Shown here in pieces: positions 11,698 to 25,085 of a stretch of 64,000 bases of DNA. The position numbers and the translations under genes are program-made. A model generated the notes under the pieces. It saw nothing but the letters and a program-made list of their open reading frames with translations. It was not told where the DNA came from and made no database searches. This DNA comes from Neoechinorhynchus agilis (taxonomy: Eukaryota; Animalia; Acanthocephala): the NCBI GenBank assembly GCA_051530055.1, contig CM121343.1, forward strand, positions 3,380,389 through 3,444,388. The letters run 5' to 3'. Every line of letters begins with the position of its first letter. Positions within the stretch are counted from its first letter, which is position 1.

Positions 11698-12876
11698 CTA
11701 TTTACATCGAATCCTTGATCTAAACTTTAAAATTTCTGATAAATCCTCTTCAAAAGAATCTATGACGTAGCATTGATCACTAGCACGGAAGACGTCGCGT
11801 GTCAACTGCAGGATCACTTCGACTTTTTTTAAATATTCGGCGATCTTCTCACGATTGCAACATTTTAACTTTTCTCTATGAATGAGAGACAATGTTTACG
11901 ATAGTTGTAGACGTGTTGAAAAGATAATTCAGTGTTATTTGTCGATAGGAGAAAATAAATGAAATTAAGATTTTATTGGATATTTCGATCCACTATTTCG
12001 GATCTTCTTCAACGATTGTTTGCAAGTTTTTTCAACGGTCCGGATAAAAGATGTCTATTGACTTTTTTTCAATTTTTTCCTGTGCAATACTATCAAATAT
12101 TTGATCGAGAGAAAAATCGATGATAGATTCGGGAACGTGATTTTCCTAATCCAGAATAAAATTCTTCCAAACGTGGTTTCTTCCGTGTCGTCTCTTCAAA
12201 GGAATAAAATTGGTTACGTCGATTAAAATTGAATTTTGGAATTGTTCTTTACGTTCAAATGTGGATTAGGGTATGCTCACGTGGGAATTCCCTGTTGCTG
12301 CTTGGCTGTATTTTTTATCAAGTTCAAACGCACCCAATTAGTGGGTAATTTCGAATTTGTGTCTAATTAGTCAACAACGAGGCATTGCTGCAAGGAGAGA
12401 AGCTCTAATTTTGCGGATGGTGGTGATTGCACGTTTTGTGCTTCATTAATGTATTGTCGAGAGAAAATTGTTCGGATTATTTTTTAGGATAAGAAACGTT
12501 TAAGGATTGAATAGTCCATGTTTGTTTATGACGGAAAAGTTGAAGGAATTTTATTAAATCTGAAATACAAACTTGCGAAACAAACTTAAGAATTTCGACG
12601 AGACAGACGAAATATTGTGAAAAGGAATTAATCCCTATTTTCTTAATAACCAATCAAAATATATTCATAAACAATTTAAAACTCCGAAATATCAGATTTA
12701 ATAAAATTCCTTTTATTTTTCAGTCATAAGTTAACATTTTTTTATCCGCGATTATGATCGAACGAATACCCATTATTTTCTCGGACGATAGTTTCTTTGA
12801 CTCTTTCATGCTTAGAAACGCTCAGTCTCTGCTCATTGTCCTTTCTAAGTTTCCTGGACGTATAATTTGGTGACAT
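11698..12876 (-). CDS. Probable multi-exon gene of unknown function, divergent from FARSB
   Basis: Protein-like segments (MSPNYTSRKLRK...ENNG ending at a GT donor; ORF 11698-11892). Exon chain not fully resolved. Confidence 0.3.
12527..12728. mobile_element. TA-flanked MITE, about 35-40 bp TIRs
   Basis: AAGGAATTTTATTAAATCTGA (12543-63) is perfectly inverted at 12693-713 and extends imperfectly to symmetric TA at 12527-28 and 12727-28. Confidence 0.8.
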
Positions 12877-12928
12877 TGATGCACAGTTCCGGTTTTGGGA
12901 TGGAACATTGTATCGTTTATTTTTTAAG

Positions 12929-15027
12929 ATGCCAACGATTAATGTGGATCGTAGTTTGTTCATCAATGAATACGGTAGGTTATTGTCTGATGAAATGCTC
13001 GAGGACTTATGTTTCAGTTTTGGAGTGGAAGTGGAATTTGATGATCCTTTGTTGTATAAGTTTGAGATTGGCGCGAATCGCTACGACCTATTGAATTGCC
13101 ATGGACTCGTTCGTGCACTTGGGGCATTTTGTCAATTGACTCCACCGGCGATTTGTCCAATTAACATATTACATTCTAAAGATCACTTAGTGGTTGATAA
13201 TCAATCACTAATTGGAGCCAATCGACCGTACGTTCTGAGCTGTATTTTAAGAGGTGTTGATTTGAGTACTGATGCTAAGTTGGCAGATATTATTGGGCTT
13301 CAGGAGAAGCTACATTCGACGCTTGGCCGTCGGAGAAGATTGGTAGCAATTGGTCTTCATGATTTAAAAACAATATCATTTCCTGTTCGCTATGTTGGCG
13401 AATATCCACATAAGGTAGCTTTTCATCCATTGATGGGTACAAGCCGAGTTGTGATGGGTTTTTAGTTCGGGCATCTTTCAAGAATACTCATCAATATCAA
13501 ACGGTGAAGAACTAATGCGTTTCTATGAGGAATGCCCATCGATTCGACCTTATATTCCACTCTTATCACCTGCAAAATGGCCGCTAATTAAGGATTCTTC
13601 AGACGTTATTTTAAGCCAACCTCCGTTAATCAACTCAATTCATACTCAGTTGAAATTAGGAGAAACCAAAGATATCTTTATTGAGTTAACTGGACAATGT
13701 GTCCAGCGTCTAAAAACAGCCCTTACGATTTTATGCTATAATATCCCAAATAAAGCAGTTGAACTCGTCGGTCTAGAAAACGCGGGATACGTCAAAGATC
13801 AAATTTTCGCCGACCGAAAGATGTGCGTTGACCTCAGTGAGTTGACCGCGATTCTCGGTACCAAAAAGGATATTAATTATCGGCAATTGCTGCAACGAAT
13901 GTTGTATTCTTTTGATAAAGACTCAAATATCATAGTTCCAGCATACCGATCAGATGTTCTGCACTCATGTGATATTGCAGAGGATCTCGTAATTGCTTAA
14001 AGATGTGACTTTTAGTTGTTCTTTGAGCATATTTCGAAAGTCATTCCAAAATGGGACTTATAGTAGAACGCCGTTTATATAAGAGATTTGTGTCGGATAA
14101 CCGAAAACCTGAAGTAGAATTACATAGTTTTGGCTTTAGTGTTGAAAATAATCACTTTTTTAGTTCTGTACCCCATTGCACACTTTCGTTTTTTCACTTG
14201 AAGGTCTCTAATTTTCTTCTAGGAACCTTAGTTGAGTAGGAAAGCAATCCGGATAATCTTACCCTGTTAAATTCCTATTTGGTTTTCCAAACGCGAAAAA
14301 GCGGCAAAATTCGTATATTATCTTGATTTGAAAAATAGAATGAAAGTGATTTTACAACTAGAAGTCACGTTGTTACGGCTTACAGAATATAACTCCAATA
14401 TCTACATCCCAGCACATTTCCGGTCTACAGTACACGCTGAATACATTGAGTGACCTAATAAGGAATGAGATTTCCCGGTGTGGTTTCCTAGAAGCCTTAA
14501 CTCTGAGTTTATGTTCCGTGAATGATAATCCATGGCCAAACGATGCTGTTTATACTGCTGATGGAAAAAGCTCTGAAACTGCCGCTGTCAGACAAAGTCT
14601 GTGCCCAGGTCTTTTAAAAACTCTCTATTCAAATCTGCACTTACCCATGCCCATTCAGTTGTTCGAAGTGGCCGATGTCGTATTCAAAAGTGGTCAAAAT
14701 GCAAACAATCGACGACATTTAGCACTCCTGTATGCCGATAAACAAGGAAGTGGATTTGAACTCGTTCAGGGGATTATTGAACGTATAATATTATTGAGTA
14801 GTTGCAAGGAAATGCGACAATCGCGATTATCAACTCAGGTGGCGGATAATCCGCTTGCCATGAAGGGACGATGCGCAAGTATTGAGATAAGAAATGGAGA
14901 AGACAAATGGCATAAAATTGGACTTATTGCAAATGTCAATCCTGAAATCTTGGCCAAATATTCTATACGTATTCCATGCTCAATTGTTGAAGTTGACATC
15001 CGGCTTTTGTTTGACATCAAAGTCTAA
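12929..15027 (+). CDS. FARSB: Phenylalanyl-tRNA synthetase beta subunit (eukaryotic cytosolic)
   Basis: MPTINVD, EIGANRYDLL, LQEKLHSTLGRRRRLVAIGLHDL, VPAYRSDVLHSCDIAED, RQSLCPGLLKTL, LPMPIQLFEVADVV. One canonical 46-nt intron near 13.44-13.48 kb plus insert 13999-14374. Confidence 0.96.
13999..14374 (+). other. TA-bounded TIR insert in FARSB (candidate non-canonical intron), 376 nt
   Basis: TA at 13998-99 and 14374-75; 16/20 TIR. Removal gives EDLVIAYGLQNI. Confidence 0.8.
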
Positions 15028-16471
15028 CAAATCAGATTCTTGCTGGTTGGTATTTATTTGCATATGATGTTTTTGAGATTAATTAAAAAAATAATCGATC
15101 CTGGGAACATTCCAGGTGATCGAAATGCGGCATTTGCCCGCTTATTCAAAGGAAAGTATTATACATTCTGCCATTTAAAGATCTCTTATTAATGGCATTG
15201 TCAATTTAGCTCTGTAAATGACAGGCGTTGACTTAAGAATTGATTGATTTATAATAATTTATTTTATTACACCACATTAATCACGACCCAGCTATTCGAA
15301 GGCTCAATACGAATCGCTTTTTTATAACGTCATTTTGGTTAAATGTAGTCTTTTCGATTGTCCTTATTTTAGCAATTTACACGGTTAAAAAAGAAAGCAC
15401 AATTGAAAAGATAACATGCGGTTGAGAAATCAGTCGACAATCCATCAGGATTATTTTCAGTTTTAACTGTTCCTTTCCTTTAAAAGACTGGAAATCCGTG
15501 TTGTTCAAAAGTATCTCTAGCGGCTTTATTTAATCGCACACTTTGAGATCTAGGGTAAAACACTTTTATTTAAAAAATAATATTAATGAATCGCTACAAT
15601 ACTAAAATTGTGACTTCCTATTTTCATCCTTGTCCATTAGCTAACTTTTTAGTTAGACATCGTTACGATCCTCGATATATAATGAATTCTAAATTTCAGA
15701 CTTTTTCTGATTCAATTTCAGATTCGATAGATAGTTAACTTGTGGTGTCACTTCCATAGACGGATAATTATGCGCAATTTTGTTCTCCAAATGGATAATT
15801 AGATCTTATTTGTCTAGACCGACACAATTCTTGCTCTTAATTATTATTTAGGTCTTCACTTTGAAACCTTTGTAACAAATAATATTTTACCGGGTGAAGA
15901 CTTAAATAAATTATTTTTTGCTCCCTTTGTTTCCTTTCAACAAAGAAATGTATCGAAAAATGAAGTTTTACGGGCGTATTTTCCTGAAACTTTCTACAGC
16001 AAGAAATTAAAAAATTCGCAAAAGTATTATTTCTTACTTTTTTACGAACCGCACTAAAAGTCAGTTTTCAATTTTTAGACGTTTTTTAGAGAAAATTCTG
16101 TCATTGAAGAGGTTTTTGCTATTTGGACGAGAGTCGCATTCAAGTTAAATCAGTAAGCAAATATAAATTCAGATTTATCCCTTTCTTGCATTATAAGACG
16201 AAAGCGTACAATTTACTGTAATTTTGAGTCACAACTAAAATCATAAAATGGAGTTGAGCTTCATGGCTGCGGTGGGATTAAATCTTTAATCAGACGCTTG
16301 CATGATTTCTTTCCATTTGGCTAGGATCTGCTATCGTGAATTTCGGTCCTTTTCCTATTAACTGATCACCACTGCTGTCAGAATCCAAAGAAGAGCAAAA
16401 ATGTATGATATTTTGTATCCCAATCACTCACTTATAAGAAAAGATAAATGTACATTACGATAAAACTTCAT

Positions 16472-17500
16472 CTACTGCATTGTTGGAATAGGTCTCTGGT
16501 GGAGTTCGATTTTTTGATCGATTCCAAAATGTATTGAGCAGTGTCCCCTGCTGACCATAGCGACTCCCTGCGTATTTTCTATCGGTTGGAATCCATCTTG
16601 GACGGTGAAGACGTCTGCTAAATCCGTAAATCTCATTTCTAACAGAGTCATTCCCGTTTTCGAATGTTTAAGAAGAACTTTAATCTCTCCAGTAAATGAA
16701 GATCTAATCGTGAAATCTCCGTCGTATTCATCTTCGTCGACAATAAGTTCGGCAGTAGTGACAGACATGCTCGGTACCTGAAAGGTCCAGGGTATTTCTC
16801 ACTGATTTTCAAAATCGTCTTCAAACCTTCACAACGCTTTCAGCTGACCATCTCAACTCCTCTTCAATATCACGTTCGATCCTGTCCTCCAACGAATACT
16901 CCGTCTTTAAATTAGCACTCATTTTAAGTACACAATTCGGTAACGGCACAGATAATGCCGCATTTGATCCCACTTCAGCCTTATAGCCCTCTATGAGTGA
17001 AATCTTACACCTAGCGACTGTCCGCCTTTCCGCTTTCAAATTATAAGATTGATCGTTGTTTGTGTCATTGACGAATCGTGATCGATAGAGTACATGTTGT
17101 TGTTTCTTAATTCGGTTTGACGACGGTAGTTGACAATTCGATCGTTGTGTGCAGCTCATTTTAGTTGATAGATTGGTCTCTTTCTCGAACGGTTTAAGTT
17201 CTTCGTGTTTAACTCTAAATATGAATCGCTGATTCATAATTTGAAGAAAAGAGACATACCTCAAACCAGACCAATCGATCTCTTTAACAAGGTTAGTCCA
17301 TTTACTTAACTTTCGACCGTATCGGCATTTCACATATTTCTTATCATTGCGCTTATACCACTCATGAGCGTATCCAAGAAGGATCTCACGAAGACTGCAA
17401 ATGTCTTTATGTCGTTTCGAACGTTCAAACAACTTCATTGTACTTGATCTTTCGAATAATGCAGGATACTTGTTCCTAAGCCACAGTCGCGTAACGTACT
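16472..17500 (-). CDS. Exons of an unidentified multi-exon gene (probably extends further both ways)
   Basis: ORFs 16821-17438 and 16472-16768 join in frame through a canonical 49-nt GT-AG intron (VVK|VPSMSV). Confidence 0.5.
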
Positions 17501-18856
17501 AAATTCAGAAAAATCTGCAATACGGACGCGAATGGAGTTCTGCGGTGTGAGACGGTAGTCGCTTAGGGGGTTGTCTGTGGACTCTTAAAACTTCTGGTTG
17601 TCATTCTTAGACAAATCAGAATTTATTCAAGCAATGGACAGTCTTCCCCCTTTGGCAGTCCTTCTACTAGTTCCTCTATGCACACGATCATCACAGAATT
17701 TGATTATCAGTGTTGATTTGATAGATGGCCACTCTGTTACGGTCTTATAATCGATCGGATAACCGAAACACGAGCATACTGCTGTCGGGAGCGACCGAGG
17801 CAATGGTTTGACGCGACATTATCTCATGTAATGGACAAATCTGGGTTTCTTCACTATTATTGCATGACGTCTGTAAGCCCGTGGGATTCCCCGGCGAAAC
17901 TCAATTACAGCCGCTTTCGATCTCAGTACCCGGTATCTGACAGCTTCCTAATAGTAGGCTGCAGCCAAGAAAAATAAGGCGACAAATGACAATTTGTTAC
18001 AGCTTCCTGCACTGTCTGTTCGATCTTAAAAGACAATCTTACCGTAGACCCAAATTAATTCAAAATAACCTCATGTAAATATCATGTCGAAGATCCTTCT
18101 GGCTTTTGTAGCATTCTAAACGTGATATACTCAAGCTTGGAAACGTGTCTCAGTAAAGACATTTCACCTTGTCCTTCATTTATCCACAGCGTCCTGACAC
18201 AAACAAGCTGTTCCCGAAAATTGAAGCCCGTCTAAGAGTGAACCGTCAAAGTTTAACGAAGGTTCATTGTTCTTGATAAACGTTTTGAAATTTTTGGCCA
18301 CTTTTTGTGAAGATTTTGTCGAATAAATACGCCATTATTCTAAAAATCCAATCAAGTTCAACAACAATAATTATTAACCGCTCGACCAATAAGTCCACAA
18401 TTCAGCCGAAGTTTTATCGTTTACCATTTGCAATAGTCGTCCCAAAGAAAAAGATTATCTTTAATAGATAAGTCACGAAAAACAATTTATTTTGTACCGC
18501 TCGATCTATACTAAAATGACAGTTTCAAGTACTACGACCAAACGACACCCAAAATGCTTTGAAATGATTCGACAAATAGTTGCAGGCGGTAAACAAATTA
18601 TTTATCAGGTTGTTTTTCGAGAATTTAATCGCAGTCTTTCTAGAATTTTTCCTGCCATGGAGATTTTCCTTACTTGACGCTTCCAAAGGAAATGTAGACG
18701 CCGGGAGCAGCGCAAAATGCCACTTTGGTCATCGATAGGACGACCCATGAGCTATACTTAAAGAGAATTGCGCATTTCTACTAAATGCGTTTTATCGCAG
18801 TGTTTTTGATAAAGAATTGGCGCTCATCAACGCACTTTGTAGTACAATCGTCTGAC

Positions 18857-21830
18857 AGAAGACAAAAAAAAGAACTGAACACTTTGCTCAAGGTTTAAAT
18901 CTGACTGAGTTTGTACATTCCGTAGTTGTGTCTACGTAGTCAAGTGGATCTCAGTTTGGGTTTAAAAATGATTCAAAATCCATGCTCGTCGATGACTCAC
19001 AATCAAAGAGGACAAAATACCGATGAATTTAGGAGACACAACACAAACAACAAACCAAACCCAACAAACAACACCAAAAACAAAAAAAACCAAAATATTC
19101 AAATCCATGCTCGTCGATGACTCACAATCAAGAGACAAAATACCGATGAATTTAGAGGAAACTCACTGATGAGTCCGGACTTCTCAGGAGGATGATCCGG
19201 AGGAATGCGCAAACTCATAACCGTCTGTGTTTGAGAGTCTAAGGTGATTCAATCACTTCTCTGATTTAAGAGATCGGTTTTCTGTGAGAAAAATTAACCG
19301 GATTACAGAAGACAAAAAAAAGAACTGAACACTTTGCTCAAGGTTTAAATCTGACTGAGTTTGTACATTCCGTAGTTGTGTCTACGTAGTCAAGTGGATC
19401 TCAGTTTGGGTTTAAAAATGATTCAAAATCCATGCTCGTCGATGACTCACAATCAAAGAGGACAAAATACCGATGAATTTAGGTGGAAACTCACTGATGA
19501 GTCCGGACTTCTCAGGAGGATGATCCGGAGGAATGCGCAAACTCATAACCGTCTGTGTTTGAGAGTCTAAGGTGATTCAATCACTTCTCTGATTTAAGAG
19601 ATCGGTTTTCTGTGAGAAAAATTAACCGGATTACCAGAAGACAAAAAAAAGAACTGAACACTTTGCTCAAGGTTTAAATCTGACTGAGTTTGTACATTCC
19701 GTAGTTGTGTCTACGTAGTCAAGTGGATCTCAGTTTGGGTTTAAAATGATTCAAAATCCATGCTCGTCGATGACTCACAATCAAAGAGGACAAAATACCG
19801 ATGAATTTAGGAAGAAACTCACTGATGAGTCCGGACTTCTCAGGAGGATGATCCGGAGGAATGCGCAAACTCATAACCGTCTGTGTTTGAGAGTCTAAGG
19901 TGATTCAATCACTTCTCTGATTTAAGAGATCGGTTTTCTGTGAGAAAAATTAACCGGATTACCAGAAGACAAAAAAAAGAACTGAACACTTTGCTCAAGG
20001 TTTAAATCTGACTGAGTTTGTACATTCCGTAGTTGTGTCTACGTAGTCAAGTGGATCTCAGTTTGGGTTTAAAATGATTCAGAATCCATGCTCGTCGATG
20101 ACTCACAATCAAAGAGGACAAAATACCGATGAATTTAGGAAGAAACTCACTGATGAGTCCGGACTTCTCAGGAGGATGATCCGGAGGAATGTACAAACTC
20201 ATAACCGTCTGTGTTTGAGAGTCTAAGGTGATTCAATCACTTCTCTGATTTAAGAGATCGGTTTTCTGTGAGAAAAATTAACCGGATTACCAGAAGACAA
20301 AAAAAAGAACTGAACACTTTGCTCAAGGTTTAAATCTGACTGAGTTTGTACATTCCGTAGTTGTGTCTACGTAGTCAAGTGGATCTCAGTTTGGGTTTAA
20401 AATGATTCAGAATCCATGCTCGTCGATGACTCACAATCAAAGAGGACAAAATACCGATGAATTTAGGAAGAAACTCACTGATGAGTCCGGACTTCTCAGG
20501 AGGATGATCCGGAGGAATGTACAAACTCATAACCGTCTGTGTTTGAGAGTCTAAGGTGATTCAATCACTTCTCTGATTTAAGAGATCGGTTTTCTGTGAG
20601 AAAAATTAACCGGATTACCAGAAGACAAAAAAAAAACTGAACACTTTGCTCAAGGTTTAAATCTGACTGAGTTTGTACATTCCGTAGTTGTGTCTACGTA
20701 GTCAAGTGGATCTCAGTTTGGGTTTAAAATGATTCAAAATCCATGCTCGTCGATGACTCACAATCAAAGAGGACAAAATACCGATGAATTTAGGAGGAAA
20801 CTCACTGATGAGTCCGGACTTCTCAGGAGGATGATCCGGAGGAATGTACAAACTCATAACCGTCTGTGTTTGAGAGTCTAAGGTGATTCAATCACTTCTC
20901 TGATTTAAGAGATCGGTTTTCTGTGAGAAAAATTAACCGGATTACCAGAAGACAAAAAAAAACTGAACACTTTGCTCAAGGTTTAAATCTGACTGAGTTT
21001 GTACATTCCGTAGTTGTGTCTACGTAGTCAAGTGGATCTCAGTTTGGGTTTAAAATGATTCAGAATCCATGCTCGTCGATGACTCACAATCAAAGAGGAC
21101 AAAATACCGATGAATTTAGGAAGAAACTCACTGATGAGTCCGGACTTCTCGGGAGGATGATCCGGAGGAATGTACAAACTCATAACCGTCTGTGTTTGAG
21201 AGTCTAAGGTGATTCAATCACTTCTCTGATTTAAGAGATCGGTTTTCTGTGAGAAAAATTAACCGGATTACCAGAAGACATAAAAAAGAACTGAACACTT
21301 TGCTCAAGGTTTAAATCTGACTGAGTTTGTACATTCCGTAGTTGTGTCTACGTAGTCAAGTGGATCTCAGTTTGGGTTTAAAATGATTCAGAATCCATGC
21401 TCGTCGATGACTCACAATCAAAGAGGACAAAATACCGATGAATTTAGGAGGAAACTCACTGATGAGTCCGGACTTCTCAGGAGGATGATCCGGAGGAATG
21501 TACAAACTCATAACCGTCTGTGTTTGAGAGTCTAAGGTGATTCAATCACTTCTCTGATTTAAGAGATCGGTTTTCTGTGAGAAAAATTAACCGGATTACC
21601 AGAAGACAAAAAAAGAACTGAACACTTTGCTCAAGGTTTAAATCTGACTGAGTTTGTACATTCCGTAGTTGTGTCTACGTAGTCAAGTGGATCTCAGTTT
21701 GGGTTTAAAACTGATTCAAAATCCATGCTCGTCGATGACTCACAATCAAAGAGGACAAAATACCGATGAATTTAGGAGGAAACTCACTGATGAGTCCGGA
21801 CTTCTCGGGAGGATGATACGCAGGAATGTA
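18857..21830. repeat. 328-bp tandem satellite, about 9 units, each with an internal 16-bp inverted repeat
   Basis: Unit starts at 18857, 19307, 19636, 19964, 20292, 20620, 20947, 21273, 21601. TGAGTTTGTACATTCC...GGAATGTACAAACTCA lies within the unit. Confidence 0.97.
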
Positions 21831-22196
21831 AGCTATCGGTTGGCTGCGTGCCAAAAAAAAGTAAAATAAGCCAATCAAATATTTGATAACCATTGAAAAT
21901 ATTGCAAAGCCGAACAATTTGTGATCGTGAAAATCCTACTATTTGTGGTGCAACCTTCCAGCAAAGATGATGTCGTTTTCAACTCGTCGTTAGTTGACTT
22001 TTATGATCAAGATTTCCTAAATCACGGACGACTGCGTAAAACACATCTCCTCGTTTGTGCTTGCAACAATAACGGACCAAGTTGTTTTTTTGAATGGATA
22101 CTTGGTTTTATTTAGCCAAAGCAGAGATGCTTGATGAAATTCGTCATGAGCGATGGTCGATTACTTTTCTAAGGCACCCACACGGGACAATGTTTC

Positions 22197-24744
22197 TTAA
22201 TAACTGGAATAACAGAATCGCACTATAAATTGATATGTCAGAATTTTCAGTACGACAAGAACTATAGCAATTTTCGCCATTAACCACGTCGATGGTCTAC
22301 CATTTTCATGGTTTCCTTTGAATAAGATTACATATCCTTTTATGATATTGTTTTCGGGGTCGATGGTAACTGAGCACTCACGTGAAGCAGAGTAGTCCTT
22401 AGTGGCGTGATCGAGGATAAACGCCGAGCCGTTGGAATGAAGATGTGAATTCGTTGTATAAGTTAACATGCGACTATTGGATCCGTTGAAAAGGCATAAA
22501 GCGTTTTTGGTTTGGTGACCGTCATATATGTTAATCCATTGAGGATATTCGCCGCAAGTCTCGGATTCACTCAGAACTCGATTTTGAGCCTTTTCGCGTT
22601 CTATTTGCTGCAAATACTTCGAATTCATACAGAGACCAGTTTGTATTGGATAGATTTTTGTGCGCCTCCGATGTTGTATATTGAACAGACTGAACGGGAA
22701 AAGGTCAAAGATATATCCAGTTTTAGAGTCCACTAGAACAAAGTACAGCAGATCAAATACGCTATTACTGCGATTGTAGATGGCACAGCACTTTTGTAGG
22801 TAACACGAGAAGGGTGCTATTGAGTTATTGCTTTTTACTAGTAACTTAGGATTCGAAATGTCGAACATAGCAAGAATATTTCGAATGCAAAGCCGATTGG
22901 CCACTCGTTCTATTTCATGTATGTGTCTATGGAGGTTGAAGTTGGTTGTAGTTTGATAAATTAGCGAGAATTGTAACCTTGTGAGGATATTGGCACCGCG
23001 AGTAAATTCCAACTGACAACTGAGATTATGGCTGATGATCTTATTTGAAAAATAACGCAAATGCACGAGATTCTTGGACATTCGTTGAACACGGACATTG
23101 TTTTGGCAATCATCGTTTATTGAAACATCAGGAAACTCTTCATGTACCATCGATGGAATAGATATATTCAGTAACGACGTATCAATATTATATTGATTTG
23201 GGATTATGATGCAATTTAAGCATGTCTTATCCACCAGAGCACTGTTATATAGAATCAAACAATCACTATAATCAACACTGGGTACAGTGCAGTCACGAAA
23301 ATAGTTGATCTTCAGATTCGTTAGTGAGTACAACTGAATATCACTTCTTGCATTGAACGCTTTTATCCATACATTGAACGATATTGTCTTTTTTGGTTTC
23401 ACTTTAAAGTATAATCCGCCCGTATCAGCACTTAAACGCATAATATTTAAAATCTCCACGGTGTTCAGCTGCTCATGCAATTCGTACTGGACTATCGCAT
23501 TCAATCCATCGTCCAAATCAAAAGCTGAGACTTTTGTAATACGCTGATGAAGTTCAAACGTATTTTCCATAAGCCATATAGATTTTTGCAGCGATCGAAA
23601 AGTCGGCGGATTGTCATTTACATCGGAAATCGATACGTAAACAGTAAGAGAATCTATACCGCCATTCACATCGATATGAATTTTATACGATCGAATATAT
23701 TCGCGATCAATAACACCAGTGATTGTCAAGTATCCGTCACTATTTGCAATCTGATTTACTTCGAACGGCAAGGATTGCAATTGTCCATTAATGAGCACTG
23801 TATTGTTATAAAAAGTACAGGAGAAACCTGATATATTGTAATCCTAGACTTTTTTTTGCGAAATGCTCACGATCAATGGCTATTTTGGTTCTTAGCTATC
23901 AAAAAAGTAATTAGGCTGGCTGCTAAAACATTTTCCGCTATACGAACCGAACTACGAAAAATTAATATATAAATGAAATCCCAATGTACTTCTTATCAAT
24001 GAGGCAGTTTGTTTATGGTGGAAAATTGAAGGAATTTATTAAATCCGACTGTAAAGATTGTGGCTCGGAAATATATGGGATTTAATAAAATTCCACGAAC
24101 ATTTCACAATTAGCGGAAATTATTTACTTTTGAAGACTGGGTGGCTCGATGAAACTATGTATACATCTACTTTCGGAAACCATCTTCATTGATTTCCTAC
24201 TGATTTTCAAAATGTGAACGAAATCGGATTAACCGATAAGTAAAAAGTCCAGACTCGACCATATATTCCGAATATCGCCCAAAGTGATTACACTTGGGAT
24301 AGGTATTCTATAGTTCAATGGAGTGTTCTCAATTATACTGGTATTGAACACACAGTTTTTAAAGCAAGTCGTCTTAAAACCATAAACCTCAAATCCTATA
24401 TTGAATTGTATTGATAAGTTAAAAGTGCACAAGCACGACACATTATTAATGTGGATAATTAGGGATTGATTTTCTCGCTTATACTTTACTTTTAGTAACT
24501 TAAAGCGGATTAAATCTTGATCTTGCTTGATTACTTTTTCGAATTCCCGTCCGGAATTCACTCGTAAAGTGGCTTTGATGGGTGTTTGAATGCTTGTAAG
24601 ATTAGTTGAACATAATCTCAGTTCTTCTAACAGCGCGATTTGTACACAACATGAGGACATTGTTATAGGTTTCGTTAAATGGCAAACAACCCGGCCGAAG
24701 GAAAAGTGGAGACCGATGGAGATCAGAAACATCCATATCCACAT
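22197..24744 (-). CDS. Divergent cadherin-domain membrane protein
   Basis: Signal-peptide-like MWIWMFLISIGLHFSFG; cadherin motifs GYLTITGVIDRE, VSISDVNDNPPTF, VSAFDLDDGLNAIVQY; C-terminal hydrophobic segment. One probable GT-AG intron at about 23.85-24.29 kb. Confidence 0.75.
24014..24110. mobile_element. Short relative of the 12527 MITE inside the cadherin intron
   Basis: GTTTATGGTGGAAAATTGAAGGAATTTATTAAATCC matches the 12.52-kb TIR; inverted partner GGATTTAATAAAATTCC near 24078. Confidence 0.65.
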
Positions 24745-25085
24745 TTTGTAAGATACAATACACTCGTACCTTGCGGGAGTTGCTTTATGTCATCGTCTGG
24801 TGCATTGCACAAATTCTGTCCCACAAAATCTACCGGGAATAAAAGATTTGGTATTACTATTTCAATCTTTCCCCTTATCATTCCCTATCGTGGTTCCGTG
24901 CAGCTTAACTTCTCAGTAACGATGGCTGATTAACCTCGAGAGGAACAAAATCAGCAGTACAAATATTATTAATAGCGAACGCGCCAGTTTCTGATTCGAT
25001 TCTCAATGGAAGTTCGATTCGAAATCTCGACTGATCGAATTCGTGATAAAGTTGGAGGATTTACAATAAGAACACATTTCACTTG

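Noticed and set aside
19160-19215. CTGATGAGTCC in the 328-bp unit resembling a hammerhead ribozyme core (retrozyme-like array)
   Set aside because: No GAAA follows a closable stem II and no stem I/III arrangement was found on either strand.
18857-21830. CRISPR-like array
   Set aside because: Units are wholly repeated with no unique spacers, and the context is eukaryotic; the same applies to the other arrays.
23840-24292. TA/TIR-type insert in the cadherin gene (TGTAATC / GATTACA ends)
   Set aside because: T|A removal is out of frame, while a GT-AG intron is in frame.
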